Shown here in pieces: positions 56,550 through 64,000 of a DNA stretch of 64,000 nucleotides. Numbering within the stretch: the first letter of the stretch is position 1; each line of letters opens with the position of its first letter. A model generated the notes under the pieces. That model saw only the letters and a program-made list of their open reading frames with translations. It was not told the DNA's origin and ran no database searches. The translations under genes were made by a program, and so were the position numbers. Source of the stretch: Janthinobacterium lividum (GTDB lineage Bacteria > Acidobacteriota > Terriglobia > Terriglobales > Acidobacteriaceae); contig JBPBQP010000055.1 of NCBI GenBank assembly GCA_050954745.1, positions 470 to 64,469 of the forward strand. Direction: 5' to 3'.

Positions 56550-57395
56550 GTGAGCGGAGATCGACAGGAACTGCAGCGGCCAGGACACTTCGGCACGTTC
56601 GACGAACACGGAGTCGACACGCCCGAACAGGTGGAGCTGCGCTTTCCGCTGGCAGGGCTGGGCAGCCGGTTCCTGGCGCTGCTGGTAGACCTGGCCATCC
56701 AGTTTGCCGCAAATATCCTGCTCGTGATCCTGGTTGCGGTGGCGCTGGCTGCCACGGCGCGTACGGGCGCACTGAACCGCATGTCCGACACTGCCGGCAA
56801 GTGGTTTGTGGCGGGCATCATCCTGGTGTATTTCCTGCTGTTCTGGGGCTATTTCTCGCTGTTCGAAGCCTTCAGCAACGGTCAGACACCAGGTAAACGC
56901 GTTCTGAAGATACGTGTCATCAAAGACAGCGGACGGCAGATTACCTTCTTCGAAGCGCTGGCGCGCAACCTGCTGCGCGTAGTGGATGCGTTGCCGGGCG
57001 TGTACCTGGTGGGTGTGCTGTCGATCCTGTTTACGAAGGGGAACAAGCGGCTTGGCGACCTCGTGGCCGACACGCTGGTCATTCATGAACGCGTGGAGGA
57101 GTTTGGCGGGTATATCGCTTCTCCCACCGTGTTCGCAAGTCCTGAAATCTTCGACGTGCGGCCCGGTGGCGTACCCGCGGATCGTATTGCGCTGCTGGAC
57201 GAAGCAGACTTGCGGCTGATCGACAACTACCTGTCGCGTGCCTTTGCGCTGCCCATCGAGACACGTGGAACGCTTGCGTCGCGGTTGCTGGATGGGCTCT
57301 GCGACAGGATGGGTGTGGCGGTACCGATGGAGGTTGCGCCGGAACGAACGCTCGAGGGAATTGCGCAGGCGTTGCGTGGTGGCGGCGCTAGGTAG
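56550..57395 (+). CDS. RDD-family membrane protein
   Basis: GTG start (GGGAGA upstream). RFLALLVDLAIQF..., GQTPGKRVLKIRV... and RLGDLVADTLVIHE match the RDD domain. It also has a soluble C-terminal extension of about 100 aa. Confidence 0.8.
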   Translation: MSGDRQELQRPGHFGTFDEHGVDTPEQVELRFPLAGLGSRFLALLVDLAIQFAANILLVILVAVALAATARTGALNRMSDTAGKWFVAGIILVYFLLFWGYFSLFEAFSNGQTPGKRVLKIRVIKDSGRQITFFEALARNLLRVVDALPGVYLVGVLSILFTKGNKRLGDLVADTLVIHERVEEFGGYIASPTVFASPEIFDVRPGGVPADRIALLDEADLRLIDNYLSRAFALPIETRGTLASRLLDGLCDRMGVAVPMEVAPERTLEGIAQALRGGGAR

Positions 57396-57466
57396 TCCGT
57401 TCGCATTCGCCGCAGCTTGAGGCGGTGAGACGGTCAGCGCTTCCTGGTGACGTCGTTTTCTATCTC

Positions 57467-57566
57467 AGTGGCCAAGACCACTTACTTTTGTGCGACCGGG
57501 CTATCGAAGTGGCTAAGCCGCTACTCCACGCACTGCTGGTGCTTGTCTAGGTGGCCTAAGCCGCGC
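57467..57566. repeat. Three copies of a short hairpin-forming motif (GTGGCYnAAGnCCnC) spaced 41 nt apart
   Basis: AGTGGCCAAGACCACT (57467), AGTGGCTAAGCCGCT (57508) and GGTGGCCTAAGCCGC (57549). The intervening sequences are unrelated. They lie between the convergent RDD gene and a small ORF. Confidence 0.4.
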
Positions 57567-57579
57567 TGACTGCGGTGAG

Positions 57580-57879
57580 CTACTGCAGGCGGTAACGATC
57601 CATCATCATGCGCTGGAAGCGCGGCTTCCAGATCAGGTCGTAGGCAAGTTCTTTTCCGGGAAACATGTTCAGTGCGGCAGCGCGACTGTCCGCGATCATC
57701 TGTGACGCTTCGTCGACGCTCAGCGAGCCGTCCTGTGCGATGACCTGCAGGCACATGGTCATCATTATCTGCAGGCGGCGCAGTTGCTTTTGCTCTGCGG
57801 CAGCACGTTCTGCTTCGATCGGGTCGACAGGGTTTGCGGCGGTCGCAGGTACAGGGTCGGAGACGTGTTCCTGATCCAT
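57580..57879 (-). CDS. Hypothetical small protein (99 aa)
   Basis: ORF 57580..58059 trimmed to ATG 57879 (GGAGG 7 nt upstream), 37 nt downstream of comEC on the same strand. No family recognised. Confidence 0.5.
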   Translation of the reverse strand: MDQEHVSDPVPATAANPVDPIEAERAAAEQKQLRRLQIMMTMCLQVIAQDGSLSVDEASQMIADSRAAALNMFPGKELAYDLIWKPRFQRMMMDRYRLQ

Positions 57880-57916
57880 GTGGTACCTCCAGATCGTCCT
57901 GAAGCACTGGTGACGA

Positions 57917-60730
57917 TTACGGATTAGACGCGATGACGTGCGTCTGGATGCTGCCATCTGGCCCCAGCAGGTACTGCACGGCGGCCATCTGGTCGGTGCG
58001 TGCGGTACGGACGCCCTCGGCCTGCAGCCGCTGCAAGACCGGAAGCCTTGGATGGCCAAAGCGATTTCCCAGGCCGCACGAAATGATGGCGCACCGCGGG
58101 TGCATCGCCGCCAGTAAACCTTCCGAGCTGGAGGTATTGCTGCCGTGGTGGCCCACCTTCAGCAGGGTGACGGGCGCGGGGTGTTCGGCGAGCATGGCCG
58201 CTTCCGATGGCCGCTCCGCATCGCCCTCAGCTAACACAGAGGCCTTGCCGTACGCGATGCGCAGCACCAACGAATCATCGTTGGTGGGCTCCTTGTGCGG
58301 GTGGTAGCCGGGCAGCGGGTTCAACACCTGAATGGTGGTGCCACTCCATGGCTGCTCATCGCCGCCTCGCAGGTGCCGCACCACGGTTCCGCTGGCTTGT
58401 GCCAGACGCAGAAGCGCGCGGTACGGCGGTGTATTGCTGTCGACGCTGACCCACAGTTCACGCGGCCGGAAGTTCCGCAGAACCGACGCCATACCGCCGA
58501 TGTGATCGCTGTGCGCATGGGTCAGGGCCACCACGTCAAGCCGCCGAATGCCGCGTGACCAAAGGTAGGGCGAGATCACCTCTTCCCCAACGTCGAAGTT
58601 GGTGCTCTCGGTCAGCGAGGCGGAGCCGGTGGGGCCGCCAGCGTCGATCAGCATCGTCTTGCCCAGGGGTGAGGCGACCAGCAGGGAGTCACCCTGTCCG
58701 ACATCGATCGCGGTGAACTCAAGATTGTTTGGAACAAGTGCGGGGTGCCGGGGCCACAGGATGAGCAGCAGGGCGACCGGCAGCAGCACCGCCGCCGTCC
58801 AGCCGGGCCACCGCGTCGGCCTGCGCACCAGCACCAGGACCGCGCACCACAGCAGCATGGCCGCTGCCACGCCCAGCAACAGCGGCGTGGGGATGCGGAC
58901 GTCTGCACCCCGTAGGGAACTGATGGTGCCAATGACCCACGTGACGCCGTGCAGCAGCAGCGCCGTAAGGGCGGCGGGGAGCAGGGCGACCCAGGGGTGA
59001 ATGAGCGATGCCGCAAACGTGGCGATGGCAGAGCCCATCAGCAGCCCGATCATCGGCAGTGCAAGCAGGTTAGCGGGTGCGGCGAAGGGAGTAACACGGT
59101 GGAAGTAAAAGGCCATGGGGAGGGCCAGTACCATCTCCGCAAGCAGCGTGATTGTGATGAGTCCGCCGAGCGAGAGCAGCGCTCGAAGGCAGAACGCAGG
59201 CAGCTTCAGGAGCGGGTCGGTCGCCGTCCTTTTCCCGCCTTTGGAGCGGATTGGCCGCTGCGAGAGATCTTCGCCCAACCAGCGCAGGCTGACGCGGAAC
59301 TGTGCCAGGCGGGGCGGCAGGTAGGGATCGTTCCGAACCGCCTGGATGTCATGCAGCGCGCGCAGGTACGGCAGCAGGGTGCGCTCGGTAAACGGCACCG
59401 CGATGCCGGCGATGGCGACGACGGCCAGCACAGTCATCTGGAAGCCGCTCTCAAACAACGCGTGCGGATGCAGGACGAGCATGGCCAGCGTTGCCGATCC
59501 CAATGCGTTCAGTGCGCTGCGCCCGCGGCCCATCAATTGGGTAAAGAGGTAAACGGCAGACATCAGCAGGGCGCGCTGCACGGGCGCTCCAAAGCCGGTC
59601 AGAACGGCGTACATCGCAGTAAGGCTCAGCGCGATGGCTGCGGCGGCCCAGCGTGGCACGCGCACCTTTAGCAGCAGCCAGTACAGCGCGGCCAGCAGCA
59701 GCGCCACGTGGACGCCCGCGACCACAAACAGGTGGAACGATCCGGTACGTTCAAAGGCTGTACGCAGGCCCCGCGTCAGCAGCGTGCGGTCGCCCACCAG
59801 CATGGCGCTGAGCATGGCGGTATCGGTCGTCGTGAGCCGGAAGACTGCAGGCAGGTGCGGGAGAGCGGGGGACGTGGCCAGCCGTTGCAGTCGATCGGCG
59901 GACCAGTGCTGCGCGGCGGCAAAACGGCAATTCCAGGTGGTGTGCGTTCCATCCAGCACCTGTACGCCCGCAGCGTCAGCCCCGCTTGCAACGGTAACGC
60001 CCCGTCGTGCCAGCGTGTCGGCATATTGCCAAACGCTGGGGTCCAGATAACGCTGTGGCGGCCGTAAACGCAGCGTCAGCAGTACCCGCGCACCGCAAGG
60101 TGGGGGCGTCGCCGATTGGCCCAGCGTGGAATAGAGCGTTACCCGTGCAGCACCGTGGATGGGTACCATACGCGACACGTCCGGCGTCACGTCCTCAAAG
60201 GCATGCACGTCCACGTCCATCGTGTAGGTCGCCCGGGTCAGCTGTTCGCGCGCGGCATAGGCGTTTTCTTCATCGCCGAAGGTCTCTGCCGGGTGTTGCG
60301 TCTCCGTGGCGGTCGACACGGGGCGTGGAGGCAGTCTGCGGATGGCAGTCACCTGTGCTTCGGCGGTCCGCTGCAGGCTGTCGGCATACTGCAGCAGCGA
60401 TGTGTCGGCCCTGACTGGTTCCAGCGTGTACGCTGTCCAACCTAGCGCTGCCCAGCTGAGCGCGGTGGAAGCCCACATGAAGCGCGGTGCGCAACCCCAT
60501 GCGACAGCTGCTGTGAGCATCAGCAGCAGGCAGGCTGCGACCATGTGCGTGGCGGGCTGCCACCAGCTGTGGCACAGAATACCCCCAGCGAAACACACGG
60601 CCAGCAGAAGCATGGGAGCGTCGCGCAGCGCGAGCGGATCGACGCGAGAAAACCTCGCGGGATGCGACACGGTCTCTTGCGCTATCAGGCTGGCGGCGCC
60701 ACGGTGCCTCTGCCCTGTGGTGTTGTGCAT
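57917..60730 (-). CDS. comEC: ComEC/Rec2 DNA-internalisation channel protein with C-terminal metallo-beta-lactamase domain
   Basis: 937 aa. A multi-TM competence domain is followed by FTAIDVGQGDSLLV and ALTHAHSDHIGG (MBL motif). Confidence 0.9.
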   Translation of the reverse strand: MHNTTGQRHRGAASLIAQETVSHPARFSRVDPLALRDAPMLLLAVCFAGGILCHSWWQPATHMVAACLLLMLTAAVAWGCAPRFMWASTALSWAALGWTAYTLEPVRADTSLLQYADSLQRTAEAQVTAIRRLPPRPVSTATETQHPAETFGDEENAYAAREQLTRATYTMDVDVHAFEDVTPDVSRMVPIHGAARVTLYSTLGQSATPPPCGARVLLTLRLRPPQRYLDPSVWQYADTLARRGVTVASGADAAGVQVLDGTHTTWNCRFAAAQHWSADRLQRLATSPALPHLPAVFRLTTTDTAMLSAMLVGDRTLLTRGLRTAFERTGSFHLFVVAGVHVALLLAALYWLLLKVRVPRWAAAAIALSLTAMYAVLTGFGAPVQRALLMSAVYLFTQLMGRGRSALNALGSATLAMLVLHPHALFESGFQMTVLAVVAIAGIAVPFTERTLLPYLRALHDIQAVRNDPYLPPRLAQFRVSLRWLGEDLSQRPIRSKGGKRTATDPLLKLPAFCLRALLSLGGLITITLLAEMVLALPMAFYFHRVTPFAAPANLLALPMIGLLMGSAIATFAASLIHPWVALLPAALTALLLHGVTWVIGTISSLRGADVRIPTPLLLGVAAAMLLWCAVLVLVRRPTRWPGWTAAVLLPVALLLILWPRHPALVPNNLEFTAIDVGQGDSLLVASPLGKTMLIDAGGPTGSASLTESTNFDVGEEVISPYLWSRGIRRLDVVALTHAHSDHIGGMASVLRNFRPRELWVSVDSNTPPYRALLRLAQASGTVVRHLRGGDEQPWSGTTIQVLNPLPGYHPHKEPTNDDSLVLRIAYGKASVLAEGDAERPSEAAMLAEHPAPVTLLKVGHHGSNTSSSEGLLAAMHPRCAIISCGLGNRFGHPRLPVLQRLQAEGVRTARTDQMAAVQYLLGPDGSIQTHVIASNP

Positions 60731-60761
60731 GACGACCCATCCCCGGTGTTGACGCAGATCC

Positions 60762-61970
60762 TCAACGCCGAAGAACCGCGATGGTTTCTGTATGAAACGT
60801 CTGGGGGAAGAGGTCCAGGAGGTGCAGGGTTTCGAGCTTGTAGCCGTAGTCTACCAGCGTTCGGCAGTCGGCCGCGAAGGTGCCGGCATCGCACGAGACA
60901 TAGACGATTTCCCTCGGATTCAGACGGGCCAGTGCGCGTGTTGTCTGCGGGCCCAGACCGGCGCGCGGCGGGTCCAGCACGATCAGGTCTGGCCGTTCAT
61001 TCCCGGTGCTACGCTGCAGAAAATCCAGCACGGTGCTGCGGATGGCACGATGTTGTTCACCGCAGGCACGCAGATGGGTGGCGAGGTCCGTCGCGGCAGG
61101 TTCGCCAATTTCGATCGCGACTACTTTCGCGAACTGCCCCGCCAGCGCGACCGAGAAAAGGCCTGCACCGGCGAACAGGTCGTAAGCCAATGAGCCAGTA
61201 CGCCCCGCCGTTACCAGCTGGCGCATGGTCGCGGTGAGGAACCGGTTCACCTGGAAGAAGGCGTTGCGCGTCACGCGGTAGGCGGTGCCGTCGACGTTGT
61301 AGAGCAGGGAAGTCTCGCCCCAGCGGGCAATCTCAACGCGACCACTCTCCTGCACACGACGCGGCTGCTTCGGGTCAGGAATTGCGCCGACCAGCAGACC
61401 TGCACCGGCCAGATTCGGGATCTGCTGTTTCAGCGCATCGCACAGCAGGCGGAGGTCTCTCGGCGCGTCGCGATCGACCGTGGCAACAGTAGCGTCGAGA
61501 TGCAGGGAGAGTTGCAGGCCTGACTCATCATCGTTCGCAAACAGCTCGAAGGATCGAGTTCCCACAGGCCATGGCACCTTGTTTTCTGCGGTGGTCGATT
61601 GCAGCGTCTGTGCGGCTCGCCATACCAGCGGCGAGACGATGGGGCACTCCTGAATTGGCAGAAAGTCGTTGCTGGCACGCCTGCTGTAGCCGATGCTGCC
61701 GCTTTCCACACGCATGCGTGCGCGGTTGCGATAGCCCCATGGCTCGGCCGCGTGTACCTGCGGCATAGGTGTGTCGCGCACGCCGGCACGCTGCAACACG
61801 TCGAACAGCATCCCGCTTTTGGCCCCGAGCTGCGCGCTCTGGGGCAGGTGTTGCAGCTGGCATCCACCACAGCTTCCAAAGTGCCTGCAGCGAGGTGCGA
61901 CACGATCCGGCATCGCCTCTGTAAGAGCACCAAGAAGCAGCTCTGGCAAGGCTCGCGCATCGCGTGTCAC
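60762..61970 (-). CDS. RlmD/RumA-family 23S rRNA (uracil-C5)-methyltransferase-like enzyme
   Basis: Fe-S cysteine cluster CRHFGSCGGCQLQH plus ECPI, SAM motif DLFAGAGLFS, and DPPRAGL. There is a GTGA overlap with the upstream gene. Confidence 0.8.
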   Translation of the reverse strand: MTRDARALPELLLGALTEAMPDRVAPRCRHFGSCGGCQLQHLPQSAQLGAKSGMLFDVLQRAGVRDTPMPQVHAAEPWGYRNRARMRVESGSIGYSRRASNDFLPIQECPIVSPLVWRAAQTLQSTTAENKVPWPVGTRSFELFANDDESGLQLSLHLDATVATVDRDAPRDLRLLCDALKQQIPNLAGAGLLVGAIPDPKQPRRVQESGRVEIARWGETSLLYNVDGTAYRVTRNAFFQVNRFLTATMRQLVTAGRTGSLAYDLFAGAGLFSVALAGQFAKVVAIEIGEPAATDLATHLRACGEQHRAIRSTVLDFLQRSTGNERPDLIVLDPPRAGLGPQTTRALARLNPREIVYVSCDAGTFAADCRTLVDYGYKLETLHLLDLFPQTFHTETIAVLRR

Positions 61971-62683
61971 AGATGGCTCATGTAGAACAGGCTCAGACGC
62001 GGCAGGCCTGCGGCTTCCAGCAGACGCTTATGCAGAAATTGCTCCGTCACCTGCTTCAACTGCACGGCCGACATCTTGCCGCGGTACGGTGCCAGCTCAC
62101 GCGCAGCCTGTTCCCGCAGCCCCAGCAGGTTGTCTTCGCTGGCGTTCAGCGTCAGCGCCGCGAACATGCGCGCCTCCAAGGCAGACAGTGTTACTTCCAA
62201 ATCTTCTGTCTTCGTGTGCGCGTGCGCGTGAAGTTCTCCGGCCATCGTTGTCAGCTTTTGCGCGATGCCGCCGAGGGCCTCGCCGGCGCTGCCAGGCAGA
62301 TCTGCCTTCTGTAAAGCCTGTGCGTTCATTGCCAGGTAGGCGGCGATGCGCTCCTGCTCAAAGCCGCTTTCCTGCGACTCTTTTTTCACAAGCGGGTCGC
62401 TGCCCACGGCGGCTTCCTGCATGGCCTCGGTCGCCTGCATGACACTTTGGGCGCACCACGCCAGGCCGTTGACCTTGCGCAGCCGGCCGCTCGCTTTTTG
62501 CAGCCGCGCGTCGTACTTGTCGAAGGCATCGTCAATGCCGCGCAGCACCGCTTCCAGCGGGATGCCGGCCTCGCGCCAGGCCTCGATCAGCGACCAGTCC
62601 AGGGTGGACAGCAGAAGGATGCTCCCGCGCCTGGCCTGGAAGCGCGTCTCGATTTCCGTGAAGTAGTTGAAATAATTCTGCAT
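61967..62683 (-). CDS. Conserved-looking hypothetical protein (238 aa)
   Basis: ATG start 9 nt after the coaX stop. Helical. The N-terminal FTEIETRFQARRGSILLLSTLDWSLIEAWREAGIPLEAVLRGID looks like a winged-helix/DnaD-like fold, but I cannot assign a family. Confidence 0.55.
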   Translation of the reverse strand: MQNYFNYFTEIETRFQARRGSILLLSTLDWSLIEAWREAGIPLEAVLRGIDDAFDKYDARLQKASGRLRKVNGLAWCAQSVMQATEAMQEAAVGSDPLVKKESQESGFEQERIAAYLAMNAQALQKADLPGSAGEALGGIAQKLTTMAGELHAHAHTKTEDLEVTLSALEARMFAALTLNASEDNLLGLREQAARELAPYRGKMSAVQLKQVTEQFLHKRLLEAAGLPRLSLFYMSHL

Positions 62684-62691
62684 CGGGACGG

Positions 62692-63519
62692 TCAGGCAAC
62701 CGGCACTGCGGCAGGCTGCGAACGACGTCGCGCCCGGTCGTGATTGCGCTCATAGATCAGGCAAACGCCGTCCAGCGTCAGGTTCTCATCGACCGTGGCG
62801 ATGCGGCGTGAACTTTCTGCCAGCAGCTTTGCATATCCGCCCGTGGCCACGACTTTGGTTTCAGGTCCAAGCTCCGCGATCATGCGGTCGCAGATGCCAT
62901 CGATCAGCCCGATATACCCGTAAAACAAACCAATCTGAATGTTGTCGACCGTGCCGGTGCCGATGACCTTGGCGGGTTTGCGAATATTGACACGGCTTAG
63001 CCGCGCGGCGCTGGTAAACAGTGCATCGGCGGAGATGCCTACGCCCGGGGCGATGGCTCCACCCAGGAACTCACCCTTGGCAGAGATGACGTCGAAGGTT
63101 GTCGCCGTACCCAGGTCCACCACAATGGTGGGGCCGCCGTAGCGCTCGAAGGCCGCGACGCAGTTGACGATGCGGTCCGCGCCCACCTCCGCAGGGTTGT
63201 CGGTGAGTACCGGCAGGCCTGTCTTCACACCGGGCTCGATGAATAACGGCTTGATGCCGAAGGTCTTTTCAATCACTTCGCGCAGCAGAGAATCGATGGG
63301 CGGTACGACGGAAGCGATAGCAACGCCGACAATGGCAGTCGTATCGACCTTGTCCATGGCGAACAGGGCCAGCATGGTCATGCGCAGCTCATCGACCGTC
63401 TGCCGCAGCGGCGTGGTCATGCGCCAGCAGTGCACCAGCGTCGAAGGTGCGTCCGTGCCGGAGCGTTGGTACAGCCCCATCACCATGTTCGAATTTCCAA
63501 CGTCGATTGCCAGCAGCAT
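62692..63519 (-). CDS. coaX: Type III pantothenate kinase
   Basis: ORF 62692..63678 trimmed to ATG 63519 (MLLAIDVGNSN). Motifs GADRIVN and DLGTATTFD. Confidence 0.93.
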   Translation of the reverse strand: MLLAIDVGNSNMVMGLYQRSGTDAPSTLVHCWRMTTPLRQTVDELRMTMLALFAMDKVDTTAIVGVAIASVVPPIDSLLREVIEKTFGIKPLFIEPGVKTGLPVLTDNPAEVGADRIVNCVAAFERYGGPTIVVDLGTATTFDVISAKGEFLGGAIAPGVGISADALFTSAARLSRVNIRKPAKVIGTGTVDNIQIGLFYGYIGLIDGICDRMIAELGPETKVVATGGYAKLLAESSRRIATVDENLTLDGVCLIYERNHDRARRRSQPAAVPVA

Positions 63520-63530
63520 CTTGCTTTCCC

Positions 63531-64000
63531 CTACACTTCGCGGACGCCGCCGTGCCGCACAACGCGTTCCTGCGCGTCGTCGCACAGCACGCGTAAAAGT
63601 CCCGCTGCGGTCAGCCCAGCGGTCACGCCAGTATAGCCGTCGCCCTCGGCCACGCGAACCCGTTTGCCGCTGGCCCATGTGCTGAACAAGGCGAATCGCT
63701 GCAGCAGTTCCGCCGGTCCGGTGGCGGACTCCAGGCGGAGCAGTTCGGCGTGCAGATGGCGCAGAAGGGCAATGGCAACTGCCTCACGTGACACCTCGTG
63801 GTCACACTCGACGCGCACCGAGGTTGCGTCAGCAGCCAGATCCGGCGGAAAGTCTGCCTGATTCAAATTGATGCCGATGCCGATGGCCGCATGGCGCAAA
63901 TCGCCCTGTGGGGTGGATGCGGTTTCCGTGAGGATGCCGCCCAGCTTGCGGCTGTGCCGGCCCTCCGCGCGTGTGACCAGATCGTTCGGCCATCGCAGAT
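63531..64000 (-). CDS. birA: Biotin--[acetyl-CoA-carboxylase] ligase, 5'-truncated by the window edge
   Basis: The tracked ORF 63531..63899 is the tail. My translation shows the frame staying open to 64000 (LRWPNDLVTRAEGRHSRKLGGILTE...GIGINLN). These are classic BirA motifs, and the birA-coaX adjacency is common. Confidence 0.88.
   Translation of the reverse strand, partial: LRWPNDLVTRAEGRHSRKLGGILTETASTPQGDLRHAAIGIGINLNQADFPPDLAADATSVRVECDHEVSREAVAIALLRHLHAELLRLESATGPAELLQRFALFSTWASGKRVRVAEGDGYTGVTAGLTAAGLLRVLCDDAQERVVRHGGVREV

Noticed and set aside
57467-57566. Regularly spaced repeats as a mini CRISPR array
   Set aside because: There are only three degenerate copies of a roughly 15-nt motif at a 41-nt period. 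That is too short and too divergent for CRISPR repeats, and there are no cas genes in the window.
1-64000. Mobile elements, prophage remnants, tRNA/rRNA genes and toxin-antitoxin or restriction-type defence genes
   Set aside because: No translation in any frame showed transposase, integrase, phage, Cas, restriction or toxin motifs. The intergenic regions are too short and lack tRNA-like cloverleaf sequence. I saw no obvious compositional break by eye.

Overview
GC-rich bacterial chromosomal segment. It has about 55 protein-coding genes and one frameshifted gene. I found no rRNA, tRNA, CRISPR array, transposase or integrase. Protein signatures suggest an Acidobacteriota (Terriglobia-like) genome: a TonB-dependent receptor with a CarboxypepD_reg-type N-terminus, an orphan MacB/FtsX permease and many secreted hydrolases. 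That placement is inference only. All family calls rest on motifs I recognise by eye in the supplied translations; no searches were run. Housekeeping blocks: folD-coaE, an HtrA-like protease, purN-purM, hemL, Fe/Mn superoxide dismutase, GH15 glucoamylase followed by tkt-gnd-zwf-pgl-glk, an M1 aminopeptidase, comEC, an RlmD-like methyltransferase, and coaX-birA. Less ordinary modules, most interesting first: (1) two tandem paralogous small secreted proteins share an LPACCRxxGKHHC motif and head a TonB-dependent receptor / PepSY operon, a possible uncharacterised metal (copper-type) uptake module; (2) a sortase sits next to a single LPHTG-anchored substrate in what looks like a diderm genome; (3) a ZraPSR-like arrangement in which a proline-rich secreted protein with a sigma-54-type promoter lies divergent from a histidine kinase and an NtrC-type activator, and the activator is broken by a 1-nt frameshift; (4) a seven-gene membrane-associated MoxR AAA+ cluster (DUF4129, DUF4350, MoxR, DUF58, SpoIIM-like, RDD); (5) a five-gene translationally coupled operon combining three transporters with a metallophosphoesterase. 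Many long ORFs in the track are antisense or out-of-frame artefacts of the high GC content and were not called.
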